Source: Bacillus sp. (in: firmicutes)
GTDB lineage: Bacteria > Bacillota > Bacilli > Bacillales > DSM-1321
DNA: 64,000 nucleotides
Assembly (NCBI GenBank): GCA_051874035.1
Contig: JBJEFM010000077.1
Span: 1,557-65,556, forward strand
Direction of reading: 5' to 3'
Shown here: piece by piece, positions 31,584-41,679 of the stretch
Position numbering within the stretch: the first letter of the stretch is position 1
How the letters are laid out: every line of letters starts with the position of its first letter
Notes under the pieces: model-generated
Database searches by the model: none
Seen by the model: only the letters and a program-made list of their open reading frames with translations
Told to the model about the DNA's origin: nothing
Position numbers and translations under genes: made by a program

Positions 31584-31612
31584 ATGCTACCACTTTTATT
31601 CTGAGATAGCAA
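31584..31612 (-). promoter_or_regulatory. Putative sigma-A promoter of the rbs operon
   Basis: TTGCTA-N17-TAGCAT, with an extended -10 TG. Confidence 0.6.
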
Positions 31613-31695
31613 TAATTACGTTTTCCTCACTGTCATTCTATAAAAACAAAAGGACTTCCATATGGATTTTATCATCCACGAAGAAGTCCTTCTCT

Positions 31696-33006
31696 TTAAT
31701 TCTGTTTTGCTTGCAGCGCTCTTACAGCAACTACCGTTGCTTGCGCACGCGTCGTCGGTGTATGAAGGTCGAATCTTCCATTTTTGTTGCCGATCATAAT
31801 TCTATGGGTAGATACCGCCTGAACATGGTGATATCCCCAATAGGACTTAGGAACATCTTTGAAGGCAATCGAGGTTCCTGCCGCTTTCAATCCGAATATT
31901 GAAGCGACGACTTTCGCCATTTGGATTCGAGTAAGCGGATCATTGGGCTTGAAAGTCTCCGTTTTCGAAAAGACACCTAGAGCTGTTAGTTTCGCTATAG
32001 CCATATACACCGGGTGATTTTCTCCTATATCCTTAAATCCAGGATTAGGCGGGATTTCTTGTGTCATCGGAATCGCTCCATACAGAAGCTGTGCCGCCTC
32101 TGCTCTTGTTATCGCCTTATCCGGATATGCGAGCCCTTGAGAATCTATCGGCAGCAATTTAGCTGTTAGTGCATATTGAAGCTCTTTCTCAGCCCAATGC
32201 CCCTTAATATCAACCGGCATTGCCGCCCCATGATCCGGCGTCGGGGCCAAGGCTCCCTCAATCGCTTCTATCAATGCTTCACCTATTGCCTGATATCCTT
32301 CCGCATTCGGATGCACATCCGCCGGATTCGGAACGTACTTCTTGGAATCAAGCCCGCCGAACTGATCATATAGCGGAACAAATACAACCCCTTGTTCGAG
32401 TGCAAGGTCTGAAACTGCCTTATTCATTGCAGCGGCTATATTCGCAAGAACGGGAACCACCTGTTTGTATTCCTCATTCTCCGTTAAACTTGGAAACGGA
32501 AAGTAATATCCTAGGACAAATACTTTAGCATCCTTATTCAAACTCTTAATCGTTTGTAGAATTTCGATATAATTATTGGATGCGGCTTCAATCGTTGCTT
32601 GAATAATGGCCGCGTCAGTAACAACCATTCCTTTCTGAAGATTAATCAACTTCCTGAAAAGATCATTGGCTCCCGCGGAAATAGAAATTATATCCGCCTT
32701 TTTGATGGCTGCCTGTACTTCCGGCTTCGTGCCGATTTCATTTAGAATTTGTTCCGTTGTATAACCTGATTTCGCAAACTCCTTCGATGAACTCCCTAGG
32801 GTCTCGTTTGCTTCCAAGTATGCTGTAATCCATTCTGAATATCCCATCCCAAATGATTGATCCGGATACTGACCGGCGGCTAATGAATCTCCCAATGAAA
32901 GATAATGGACAGGTTTCGTTTCGGCGGCCGAAACAGGCATACTCAAACCAACCAGTAAAACAAACACGAAAAATACAGTGGCCATTCTTCTGGACACCCT
33001 TTTCAT
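31696..33006 (-). CDS. Secreted SGNH/GDSL hydrolase with three C-terminal SLH domains
   Basis: Signal peptide ending VSA-AE. SGNH blocks GDSLAAG, SAGAND and DVHPN; SLH motifs ITRAEAA, LTRIQMA and TTRAQAT. True start is ATG 33006; the longer track ORF runs into the repeat. Confidence 0.88.
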   Translation of the reverse strand: MKRVSRRMATVFFVFVLLVGLSMPVSAAETKPVHYLSLGDSLAAGQYPDQSFGMGYSEWITAYLEANETLGSSSKEFAKSGYTTEQILNEIGTKPEVQAAIKKADIISISAGANDLFRKLINLQKGMVVTDAAIIQATIEAASNNYIEILQTIKSLNKDAKVFVLGYYFPFPSLTENEEYKQVVPVLANIAAAMNKAVSDLALEQGVVFVPLYDQFGGLDSKKYVPNPADVHPNAEGYQAIGEALIEAIEGALAPTPDHGAAMPVDIKGHWAEKELQYALTAKLLPIDSQGLAYPDKAITRAEAAQLLYGAIPMTQEIPPNPGFKDIGENHPVYMAIAKLTALGVFSKTETFKPNDPLTRIQMAKVVASIFGLKAAGTSIAFKDVPKSYWGYHHVQAVSTHRIMIGNKNGRFDLHTPTTRAQATVVAVRALQAKQN

Positions 33007-33102
33007 TTCCCCACTCTCCTTATTTTTCATATGACTCCATATGCTTATGTAGATTCTAGCTGAATATGACTCTATCAAGCTTCCGGCGACAACATAGCAC
33101 AC

Positions 33103-33262
33103 ATAAAGTGAATCTTTGATAGGTGGGGGGTTGCCTTCATCCCCCACCTATCATTAGATGAACCAACCTTAGTTGTTACAGGTACTTGATCTCCCACTTA
33201 CACATCTACGCTTTCACTGCTGTGTTGAAGTGGGAACCTTAGTACCTGTTAAACGGGATAAA
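33103..33262 (+). repeat. Complete bcr1-like element, 155 bp plus a duplicated ATAAA
   Basis: ATAAA at 33103-33107 and 33258-33262. Stems TGATAGGTGGGGG/CCCCCACCTATCA, ACAGGTAC/GTACCTGT and TCCCACTT/AAGTGGGA. Confidence 0.92.
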
Positions 33263-33312
33263 AAAAGGCAACACCTTCATACTTGTTTGGACAGTACAAT
33301 GGTGTCGCCTTT
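33259..33312 (-). terminator. Probable terminator of tcdA-rarA
   Basis: GGCAACACC...GGTGTCGCC stem; its minus-strand U-tract merges into the TTTAT end of the repeat. Confidence 0.6.
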
Positions 33313-33382
33313 CACTCTCGGCTCTCAATATCATATTGTTGCACTTTGACTTCACTTTAACAAAAATCTTGGGAGCTGTATA

Positions 33383-34666
33383 TTATTTTTTAGCGTTTTT
33401 TCGCAAGTCTGCCAATCTTTGATTGATAAGAACCAATTTCTTCTCTTCACCCGAATTTTTAGGCTCATAATATATAGTGTCTTGCAATTCCTTAGGCAAG
33501 TACTCTTGATATACCCAGCTATTAGGATAATCATGTGGATACTTATAGCCTATGCCGTGCCCTAATTCTTTCGCTCCTTGATAGTGGGCATCCTTTAAGT
33601 GTGCCGGAATATCGCCTGTCCGCCCTTTTTTCACATCGGCAATAGCGGCATCCAGCGCTTTATAAGCAGAGTTTGATTTAGCGGATAAGCATAATTCGAT
33701 CACTACGTTCGCCAATGGAATCCGTGCTTCCGGAAGCCCTAACCTCTCTACCGTTTGAATCGCCGGCAACACCCGCGCGCACAGCTCCGGATTTGCCAGC
33801 CCGATATCTTCATATCCAATCACTAACAGCCGGCGGCAGATTGCAACCAAGTCCCCGCCTTCCAGGAGACGGGCCAAATAATGCAAAGCCGCATTGACAT
33901 CACTGCCCCGGATGCTTTTCTGAAAGCTAGAAAGCAAGGAATAATAGATATCCCCTTTCTTGTCATGGCTGAAACCTTTGTTTTCAATACTTTGGTTTAC
34001 GATTTCTTCCTCTACAACAATCTTGCCTTCTTCGTTCCGGTCCGAAGCCATAACAATGTCTTCCAATAGATTCAAAGCAGTCCGGCCATCACTTGTAGTA
34101 GCGGCGATTTTGTCCATTAAAGCAGTATCCATTGTGACAGCCATCTTACCCAGCCCTTTATCACAATCCGTGATCGCACGCTCTAATAGTTTCCTAATAT
34201 CTTTTGCGGCTAAAGGCTGCAACTGCTTGATTTGCCCGCAACGCGAACGGATGGCGCTATTCACGCTATGAAACGGATTCTCAGTCGTAGCCCCGATCAA
34301 GACAAATACTCCCTCTTCCAATGCTTTTAAAAGAGAGTCCTGCTGGCTTTTATTAAATCGATGGATTTCATCAAGAAAGAGAAGCGCATTTCTAGTCAAA
34401 CGCGCTTCTTCAATCACATTCTCGACATCTTTCTTGCCGCAAGTAGTCGCATTCAGCGCATAGAAATCACGTTTTGTACTGCCTGCAATTGCATAAGCTA
34501 ATGACGTCTTTCCCGTTCCGGGCTCTCCATATAGAAGCATAGAAGGGACATGGCCGTTCTTAATCATTTTATATAGTGCGGAATGCGGTCCTATAATATG
34601 CTCTTGCCCTACTACTTCTTCGATTGTGGAAGGTCTTAATCGATGCGATAAAGGTTCATGATACAT
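33383..34666 (-). CDS. rarA: Replication-associated recombination protein A (RarA/MgsA, AAA+)
   Basis: RLRPSTIEEVVGQEH, GEPGTGKT, DEIHRFNK, FQKSIRGSD and YKYPHDY. Confidence 0.95.
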   Translation of the reverse strand: MYHEPLSHRLRPSTIEEVVGQEHIIGPHSALYKMIKNGHVPSMLLYGEPGTGKTSLAYAIAGSTKRDFYALNATTCGKKDVENVIEEARLTRNALLFLDEIHRFNKSQQDSLLKALEEGVFVLIGATTENPFHSVNSAIRSRCGQIKQLQPLAAKDIRKLLERAITDCDKGLGKMAVTMDTALMDKIAATTSDGRTALNLLEDIVMASDRNEEGKIVVEEEIVNQSIENKGFSHDKKGDIYYSLLSSFQKSIRGSDVNAALHYLARLLEGGDLVAICRRLLVIGYEDIGLANPELCARVLPAIQTVERLGLPEARIPLANVVIELCLSAKSNSAYKALDAAIADVKKGRTGDIPAHLKDAHYQGAKELGHGIGYKYPHDYPNSWVYQEYLPKELQDTIYYEPKNSGEEKKLVLINQRLADLRKNAKK

Positions 34667-34694
34667 AACCTGCCACTCCTTCTTCATCTACTCA

Positions 34695-35465
34695 TTACTT
34701 GTTATCATCACTCATACGTACAATTTTAACATCTTTTACAATTTCCCGCACAACCCAGCTCGCTGCGATCAATCCCGCTACAGAAGGAACAAATGCATTG
34801 GAAGAAGGCGGCATCTTCGCTTTGCGGATTTCCGCCTCATCATTGCCCACCACTTTACGTACATCTTCTCTTATTACAATCGGACTTTCATCGGAGAATA
34901 CGACTGTAACACCTTTTCGGATGCCTTCCTTACGCAGTCTGGTACGGATCACTTTCGCAAGCGGATCCGTGTGGGTTTTGGAAATATCGGCGATTTGAAA
35001 GCGGGTAGGGTCCATTTTATTGGCGGCACCCATGCTTGAGATGATTGGAATATCACGCTTTAGGCATTCCTTCATCAAATGGATCTTATACGAAATCGTA
35101 TCAGATGCATCTACCACATAATCCAATCCGTAACTGAAGAATTGCTCGTACGTTTCTTCCGTATAGAACATCTTTAAAGAAATCACTTCACATTCCGGGT
35201 TGATATCGGCGATTCTTTCCTTCATCAAGTCCGCCTTGAATTTGCCCACTGTCGACAAAAGCGCATGCAGTTGACGATTCACGTTTGTGATATCCACATC
35301 GTCTTTATCAACAAGAATTAAACGCCCTACGCCCGAACGTGCCAACGCCTCAGCAGCGAAAGAACCAACCCCGCCGATCCCTAATACAGCAACTGTTGTA
35401 TTCTTTAATGCCTCAAGGCCTTCTTTCCCAATCGCTAATTCGTTTCTTGAAAATTGATGCAACAT
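34695..35465 (-). CDS. tcdA: tRNA threonylcarbamoyladenosine dehydratase (YrvM)
   Basis: GIGGVGSFAAEALARSGVG, DITNVNRQ, SSMGAANKMDP and SNAFVPSVAG. Confidence 0.93.
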   Translation of the reverse strand: MLHQFSRNELAIGKEGLEALKNTTVAVLGIGGVGSFAAEALARSGVGRLILVDKDDVDITNVNRQLHALLSTVGKFKADLMKERIADINPECEVISLKMFYTEETYEQFFSYGLDYVVDASDTISYKIHLMKECLKRDIPIISSMGAANKMDPTRFQIADISKTHTDPLAKVIRTRLRKEGIRKGVTVVFSDESPIVIREDVRKVVGNDEAEIRKAKMPPSSNAFVPSVAGLIAASWVVREIVKDVKIVRMSDDNK

Positions 35466-35559
35466 ATTTTCCAACTCCATTTTCTATTAAGTAAGAGCTT
35501 GTCCAGGGTACAAGCCCAATCATTATCCATAATACCGACCAATAATGTAGGTTTTATTT

Positions 35560-35588
35560 ATTATAAAGGATACCTCTGGAAATCACAA
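35560..35588 (-). promoter_or_regulatory. Putative sigma-A promoter of tcdA
   Basis: TTGTGA-N17-TATAAT. Confidence 0.65.
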
Positions 35589-35607
35589 AGCCTTTACAAT
35601 TATAAAC

Positions 35608-35656
35608 AAAAGACGGGGAAACTATATGCGACTAGCATATAGGCTTCCCCGTCTTT
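35608..35656 (-). terminator. Terminator downstream of 6S RNA
   Basis: AAAGACGGGGAA...TTCCCCGTCTTT long stem. Confidence 0.8.
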
Positions 35657-35703
35657 AAACGAAAACCCTCTCATACATAGGGTATATATACAAATCAAAG
35701 CGC

Positions 35704-35891
35704 AAGAGTCCCGATTATGCCGTTTCCGCCTTCGTTTTGAACCCGCTCTACGCAGGTGGGTGCCCTGTTCACAAACTTTGTAAGTCCACTATGAAAGAGG
35801 CATTTACGCATTTGCGAAACTGCGAGCTCCCGAAACTATAAGTGTTCGGTCAAAACTTATAGGTGAAGATAACGTACACATCAGGACTCTT
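35704..35891 (-). ncRNA. ssrS: 6S RNA (6S-1 / bsrA type)
   Basis: Ends AAGAGUCCUGAUGUG... and ...GGCGGAAACGGCAUAAUCGGGACUCUU pair to close a ~188-nt rod. Located between aspS and yrvM, as is B. subtilis 6S-1. Confidence 0.92.
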
Positions 35892-35904
35892 ACTTGTTGA
35901 AAGT

Positions 35905-35934
35905 ATCATATCATATTGAAATGCTCTTTTTCAA
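35905..35934 (-). promoter_or_regulatory. Putative sigma-A promoter of 6S RNA
   Basis: TTGAAA-N18-TATGAT with an extended -10 TG; +1 falls near the RNA 5' end. Confidence 0.65.
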
Positions 35935-35952
35935 GAGTTCCAATATCCTTCT

Positions 35953-37728
35953 TTAGTCCTTTTTTTGTCCAGTTAATGCCAAACGAAGCTCGATTAATTG
36001 ATCTACACTTACCGGGCTTGGAGCGTTTGTCAGCAAGCAGCTTGCGCTTGCTGTCTTAGGAAACGCAATCGTATCTCTCAGGTTCGATCTGCCGGCCAAT
36101 AGCATAACAAGACGGTCTAAGCCAAGGGCGATACCGCCGTGTGGAGGCGTACCGTATTCGAAAGCATCCAATAAGAAACCGAATTGCTCTTGTGCTTCTT
36201 CAGCAGAGAATCCAAGAACTTTGAACATTTTCTCTTGAACGTCCCTTTCAAAGATACGCAGTGAACCGCCGCCAAGCTCATAACCATTCAATACTAAGTC
36301 ATATGCTTGCGCACGAACATGCTGAGGCTCTGAATCCAGCTTATCAAGATCTTCCCTAAATGGCATTGTAAATGGATGGTGAGCCGCGAAGTAACGGCCT
36401 GATTCTGCATCATATTCCAGAAGCGGCCAATCTGTCACCCATAGGAAATTGAATACACTTTCATCAATTAGTCCTAAATCTTTGCCCAATTTCACACGGA
36501 GAGCACCTAATGTATCCGCTACAACTGTCTTGTTATCAGCTACGAATAGCAATAAGTCACCATCTTCTGCTTCTAACGCAGAGATTAATGCTTGTCCGTC
36601 TTCACCTTCAAAGAATTTCGCGATTGGACCTTTCAGCCCTTCCGCATCAACCTTCAACCAAGCTAACCCTTTCGCTCCATAAACAGCTGCGAATGCGCCT
36701 AATGCATCGATATCTTTACGGGAATATTTCTCCGCAGCACCTTTCACATTAATTGCTTTCACCTGTCCGCCTGTGGCAACAGCGCTTGTGAATACTTTAA
36801 AGTTGGAGTCTTTTACGATTTCCGATACATCCACAAGTTCTAAACCAAAACGGGTATCCGGCTTGTCGGAACCGAAGCGGCTCATTGCTTCGTTATATGT
36901 CATGCGTGGCAGGGGCAATGTAAGATCGATGCCTTTAACGTCTTTCATAACCTTTTGCATCATGCGCTCTGCCATATCCATAATATCTTCCTGGCTCATG
37001 AAGCTTGTCTCGATATCGATTTGTGTGAATTCAGGTTGGCGGTCGGCACGTAAATCTTCATCACGGAAACAACGCGCGATTTGATAATAACGTTCGAATC
37101 CGGCAACCATCAATAATTGTTTGAATAATTGCGGACTTTGCGGCAATGCATAGAATTCTCCGTCATGTACACGGCTAGGCACTAAATAGTCGCGCGCGCC
37201 TTCCGGTGTGCTTTTCGTTAACATCGGTGTCTCGATATCCAAGAAACCTTCCGCATCCAAGTAGTTGCGCACAGTTTTCGTTACATCATGGCGCATTTTG
37301 AATGTTTCATACATTTTCGGACGGCGAAGGTCCAAATAACGATATTTCAAACGAAGATCTTCAGAAACGTCACCTTTATCCTCAATTACAAACGGTGGTG
37401 TTTTCGCTTCATTTAGAATTGTTACTTCTTCGGCTGTCACTTCGATTTTCCCTGTTTTCAAGCTCGTGTTAATCGTTCCTTCAGCACGGGCAACAACAGT
37501 GCCTACCACACTTAATACATATTCATTGCGGATTTTCTCCGCTTTCGCTAAAGCTTCTTGTGATAGATCCGGATTGAATACAACTTGAACAAGGCCGGTG
37601 CGGTCGCGAAGATCGATGAAGATCAGCCCTCCAAGATCTCTTCTTTTCTGCACCCATCCTTTCAGTGTTACTTTTTCTCCAATGGCACTTTCAGAAACTT
37701 CGCCACAAAAATATGATCTGCCAAACAT
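35953..37728 (-). CDS. aspS: Aspartyl-tRNA synthetase
   Basis: [42 protein letters not shown] and [12 protein letters not shown]. Confidence 0.99.
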   Translation of the reverse strand: MFGRSYFCGEVSESAIGEKVTLKGWVQKRRDLGGLIFIDLRDRTGLVQVVFNPDLSQEALAKAEKIRNEYVLSVVGTVVARAEGTINTSLKTGKIEVTAEEVTILNEAKTPPFVIEDKGDVSEDLRLKYRYLDLRRPKMYETFKMRHDVTKTVRNYLDAEGFLDIETPMLTKSTPEGARDYLVPSRVHDGEFYALPQSPQLFKQLLMVAGFERYYQIARCFRDEDLRADRQPEFTQIDIETSFMSQEDIMDMAERMMQKVMKDVKGIDLTLPLPRMTYNEAMSRFGSDKPDTRFGLELVDVSEIVKDSNFKVFTSAVATGGQVKAINVKGAAEKYSRKDIDALGAFAAVYGAKGLAWLKVDAEGLKGPIAKFFEGEDGQALISALEAEDGDLLLFVADNKTVVADTLGALRVKLGKDLGLIDESVFNFLWVTDWPLLEYDAESGRYFAAHHPFTMPFREDLDKLDSEPQHVRAQAYDLVLNGYELGGGSLRIFERDVQEKMFKVLGFSAEEAQEQFGFLLDAFEYGTPPHGGIALGLDRLVMLLAGRSNLRDTIAFPKTASASCLLTNAPSPVSVDQLIELRLALTGQKKD

Positions 37729-37743
37729 CCCTTTTTTCCTCCC

Positions 37744-39015
37744 TTATTGCTGTTCTTTTTTGAACTCTTCGATGAAACTTGCTAGGTTAAGCTCTTTTTG
37801 CTCTCCGGATTCCATGTTTTTCAATGTAATCTTGTTATTATTCAGTTCATCGTCGCCAAGTACCGCTACAAAACGCGCCTTAGCACGGTCTGCCGCTTTA
37901 AATTGCGCTTTCACTTTTCGATCATTATAATCTTTATCTACTGAGAAGCCATTTTGGCGTAATTCATTGACTAATTTAACGCTATAATCTTTTGCTGCAT
38001 CGCCAAGCGCCACTACATAAACATCAATCGCTTGTTCAATCGGCAATTCAACACCTTCAGCATTCAATGCTGCAATCAACCGCTCGATACTTAGCGCAAA
38101 GCCGATTCCCGGAACTTCCGGACCGCCGAAATTTTCTACCAGACCATTGTAACGGCCGCCTCCGCAAAGCGTCGTAATCGCTCCGAAGCCCTTCGCATTA
38201 CTCATGATTTCAAACGCAGTATGGTTGTAATAATCCAATCCGCGCACTAAAGTCGCATCAATTGTATATGGAACACCCATCGCATCTAAATGCTTCAATA
38301 CTTTATCGAAGTAAGCGCGGGACTCTTCGTTTAAATAATCGAAGATCGAAGGCGCTGTTCTCATAAGTTCGTTGTCGCGGTCTTTCTTGCAATCTAGGAT
38401 ACGAAGCGGATTCTTCTCTAAACGATTCTGGCAATCGCTGCAGAATTCGCCGATATGAGGCTTGAAGTGCTCTATCAAAGCTGCACGGTGCGCAGTGCGG
38501 CTTTCAATATCGCCTAAAGAATTAATAACAAGCTTCAATTCTTGTAATCCGAGTGCGCGGTACAGATTCATAGCCAAGCTGATAACTTCTGCATCAATCG
38601 CTGGATCTTCACTGCCGATTGCTTCCACTCCGAATTGTACGAATTGGCGGAAACGGCCTGCCTGTGGTCGCTCATAGCGGAACATCGGTCCATTATAGAA
38701 CAACTTCACCGGCTGTGAGGCCCATCCGAACATTTTATTTTCAACGAAGGAACGCACAACAGAAGCTGTGCCTTCAGGACGAAGTGTCAAGCTTCGATCA
38801 CCGCGATCAGTGAACGTGTACATTTCTTTCTGTACGATATCTGTTGTTTCACCTACACCTCTTTGAAATACTTCTGTATGTTCAAAGATCGGCGTGCGTA
38901 TTTCATTATATTGATATCTTCTGCACAAGTCTCTTGCTACATTTTCAATGTATTGCCAAATCGCCGCTTGTTCAGGAAGAATATCTTGCGTCCCTCTAGG
39001 GATTTGCATTTTCAT
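37744..39015 (-). CDS. hisS: Histidyl-tRNA synthetase
   Basis: [27 protein letters not shown] and LVRGLDYYN. Confidence 0.99.
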   Translation of the reverse strand: MKMQIPRGTQDILPEQAAIWQYIENVARDLCRRYQYNEIRTPIFEHTEVFQRGVGETTDIVQKEMYTFTDRGDRSLTLRPEGTASVVRSFVENKMFGWASQPVKLFYNGPMFRYERPQAGRFRQFVQFGVEAIGSEDPAIDAEVISLAMNLYRALGLQELKLVINSLGDIESRTAHRAALIEHFKPHIGEFCSDCQNRLEKNPLRILDCKKDRDNELMRTAPSIFDYLNEESRAYFDKVLKHLDAMGVPYTIDATLVRGLDYYNHTAFEIMSNAKGFGAITTLCGGGRYNGLVENFGGPEVPGIGFALSIERLIAALNAEGVELPIEQAIDVYVVALGDAAKDYSVKLVNELRQNGFSVDKDYNDRKVKAQFKAADRAKARFVAVLGDDELNNNKITLKNMESGEQKELNLASFIEEFKKEQQ

Positions 39016-39040
39016 TGGTTTTCCTCCTTTTTATCACATA

Positions 39041-39310
39041 CAAAAAAACCCTCGCCTCTTGTAAACTAATATTACAAGGGACGAGAGTTATTAATTCCCG
39101 TGGTACCACCCTAATTCAAAATGCATTATGCATTTCCTCAAAAGAAACAGTTAACGCCTGCCTACGTTCTTCTCCTACTAAAGACCGCTCTTTCAGAGAG
39201 AAACCTACGAAGTGTTCGTTCATTAAGCGACGATGTAGGAAAGCTTGCAGCCTATGACTTTCCCTCTCTTTACCCGAGCATCTTAACTACTTTTCTCCAT
39301 CTCTGGTTTT
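39041..39310 (-). promoter_or_regulatory. T-box riboswitch leader of hisS-aspS, probable specifier CAC (His)
   Basis: T-box AATTAGGGTGGTACCACGG near 39098-39116, with AGAGAGG and GGCTG stem-I motifs. GAA-CAC at 39212-39217; terminator with U-run at 39041-39088. Confidence 0.92.
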
Positions 39311-39338
39311 CAAATTATAATGTATGATTATTTTACTA

Positions 39339-39367
39339 ATGATAATTGTCTCTTCAAGTATTGTCAA
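39339..39367 (-). promoter_or_regulatory. Sigma-A promoter of hisS
   Basis: TTGACA-N17-TATCAT. Confidence 0.85.
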
Positions 39368-39490
39368 GAACTTGCCTAAAGATTCATGAAGCCTTTATAC
39401 TTTTTTGGATCCCCGCCGCGGCCTGGGCAACCTTTCCCTGCGCATGCCAACTTTATCTTTTTTTTATCTTCCGAAAAAAGTTATAATACC

Positions 39491-39667
39491 TTATGAGCGC
39501 CCTAGGTATTTTTTTAGTTTTTTCACATCGCCGACGTGCAGGCCGAACTCGCTGGCTAATTCGACCATATTGTTATTTTGTTCTCTCTGGATAAAGTCAT
39601 GGAAATCAACACCGAATAATTGATTCATCCCCGATTGAGTCAAACTGTTCTTTTCACTGCATTTCAT
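39491..39667 (-). CDS. yrzK: YrzK-family small protein (58 aa; not in ORF track)
   Basis: Manual translation MKCSEKNSLTQSGMNQLFGVDFHDFIQREQNNNMVELASEFGLHVGDVKKLKKYLGRS, with RBS AGGAGG, syntenic between yrvJ and hisS. Confidence 0.8.
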   Translation of the reverse strand: MKCSEKNSLTQSGMNQLFGVDFHDFIQREQNNNMVELASEFGLHVGDVKKLKKYLGRS

Positions 39668-39806
39668 TTCTTATCCTCCTAATGATATGTTCGCTAATCA
39701 TTATTTATCCTGTCCTGTTTAAAGGAATTCTTTCACAGGAAACTGGATTTTTTTCATCAGCAAAAAAATCATGACGTAAGTCTACAAATATAGAGGTGTC
39801 ACCACG

Positions 39807-41084
39807 TTGAAGAAAACAAGCATTCTTGTATGGAGCATTATCATCCTATGGATTTCTTCCGCTAATGTAAGCTATGCAGAAGGAGAAACCATTACCATCA
39901 ATAAATCAGGTGTGAACGCAAGAAGCGGTCCCGGCTTGGAATATGGGGTGATTATGCAATTGCCGGCAGGCAAAACCTATCCAATCATTGAGCAGAAAAA
40001 TGACTGGGTCAAAATCAAGGCAAACGGCCGGGAAGAAGCATGGGTTGCGGAATGGCTTGTAACGAGGGATGAATCCCAACAGAAGTTGAAGCCTCCTTAT
40101 GCGACCATCACAGCCTCTTCCATAGCCGTCTATAGCAAACCTTCCTTCCAAGGAAAAAAAGTAGCAGCGGCCAAAAAAGGCGAAAACTACAAAGTGGTTC
40201 AAGAAAAAAACAATTGGTATCAAATACAGCTATCCGAAAAGGAAAAAGGCTGGGTGCCTAAGTGGTTCACACGCAGCGAAGTGAAAGCCGCTGCTAAATC
40301 CACCAAAGAAAAACAGCGGGTCACTGTGCTCTACGATGAAGTGCCATTGCGAAAAACAACATCCCTTTACAGCGACAGTATAAAAACGGTCAATCAAGGA
40401 GATGAACTGACAGTTACTGCCTTAAACAGCGATACATACGAAATCAAACGTTTCTGGGGCAGAAAAGCATACATAGCAGGCTGGCTTGTCCAAGCAGCCG
40501 AAAACACACAACAAATTACAAGACAGGGCAAACAACATGACTTTACCGGTAAAACCATTATCATTGACCCTGGTCACGGTGGAAATGATAGCGGAACAAT
40601 TGGATACAGCGGTGCATTGGAGAAAGATGTGACGAAAGAAACCGCACAGCTGTTGCAGCGGATGCTGGTCGCTTCCGGCGCGAACGTGGTCATGACGCGT
40701 GAAGGCGATGAATACCAGCCTCTCTCTTCACGTGTGAAATTATCCAACATGAACCGGGCCGATGCCTTTATAAGCATTCATTATGACAGCAATGAACAAC
40801 GCAATCTAAAAGGTATTACGCCGTACTATTACCACAGTTTCCAGAAACCGCTGGCTAACGCGATTTATTACAGCTTGCAGAAAGAAAGCGGCCTGACGAT
40901 TAAAGACACGCGCTATGGAGACTATCACGTACTGCGCCATAACAGCCGGCCTTCTGTCTTACTTGAGCTCGGCTATTTAAGCAATAAGGAAGAAGAGCAA
41001 ATCGTCACGTCCTATTCTTATCAAAAAAGCGTTGTAGCGGCTATTTATGATGGTTTAGGCAATTATTTTACAGGCGGCAAGTAA
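39807..41084 (+). CDS. yrvJ: SH3b-domain N-acetylmuramoyl-L-alanine amidase (YrvJ-like)
   Basis: Signal peptide, SH3b repeats (VNARSGPG) and Amidase_3 motifs IDPGHGG, EKDV, FISIHYD and LLELGYLSN. Confidence 0.88.
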   Translation: MKKTSILVWSIIILWISSANVSYAEGETITINKSGVNARSGPGLEYGVIMQLPAGKTYPIIEQKNDWVKIKANGREEAWVAEWLVTRDESQQKLKPPYATITASSIAVYSKPSFQGKKVAAAKKGENYKVVQEKNNWYQIQLSEKEKGWVPKWFTRSEVKAAAKSTKEKQRVTVLYDEVPLRKTTSLYSDSIKTVNQGDELTVTALNSDTYEIKRFWGRKAYIAGWLVQAAENTQQITRQGKQHDFTGKTIIIDPGHGGNDSGTIGYSGALEKDVTKETAQLLQRMLVASGANVVMTREGDEYQPLSSRVKLSNMNRADAFISIHYDSNEQRNLKGITPYYYHSFQKPLANAIYYSLQKESGLTIKDTRYGDYHVLRHNSRPSVLLELGYLSNKEEEQIVTSYSYQKSVVAAIYDGLGNYFTGGK

Positions 41085-41230
41085 CGATTCGAAAAAAATG
41101 CTGCCGTAAAGAAAATATAGCTGATCCGCTCCGGAATATATGGGATACGTATCCTTTATTTTATATCCTGTGAAACGGATGACAATAAAAAAGACACTCA
41201 ATTATTCGAGTGTCTTTTTTATGTTTCCGA

Positions 41231-41668
41231 TCATTTCTCTAATATAAGCGTCACCGGTCCATCGTTAATAAGTTGTACATCCATCATTGCGCCAAATATA
41301 CCGGTTTCCACTTTGACGCCTTTTTGCTTCAATGCTTCATTGAAGCCGTTGTATATTTCCAGCGCATGATCCGGCCTTGCCGCCGCCATAAAATTAGGTC
41401 TTCTGCCTTTTTGGCAATCACCGTATAGTGTGAACTGCGATACAGATAAGATATCGCCCCCTACATCCAGAAGCGAATGATTCATCTTGCCGCCTCCATC
41501 TTCAAATATACGAAGATTAACAATTTTATCAGCCAGGAAGCCCGCGGCTTCCATTGTATCTTCATGTGTAACACCGACAAGAAGGACAAGGCCCCGTTCT
41601 ATGCGGCCCACCACTTCGCCATCGACTTTCACGCTTGCTTGCTTAGCTCGTTGCAATACTACCTTCAT
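41231..41668 (-). CDS. dtd: D-aminoacyl-tRNA deacylase
   Basis: [27 protein letters not shown] and NDGPVT. Confidence 0.97.
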   Translation of the reverse strand: MKVVLQRAKQASVKVDGEVVGRIERGLVLLVGVTHEDTMEAAGFLADKIVNLRIFEDGGGKMNHSLLDVGGDILSVSQFTLYGDCQKGRRPNFMAAARPDHALEIYNGFNEALKQKGVKVETGIFGAMMDVQLINDGPVTLILEK

Positions 41669-41679
41669 GACTAAACCCC

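Noticed and set aside
33007-33147. N-terminal extension of the SGNH-SLH ORF
   Set aside because: The extension reads through the repeat element; the RBS and signal peptide support ATG 33006.
39015-39327. ORFs 39015-39257 and 39121-39327 (+)
   Set aside because: Antisense to the hisS T-box leader; non-coding.
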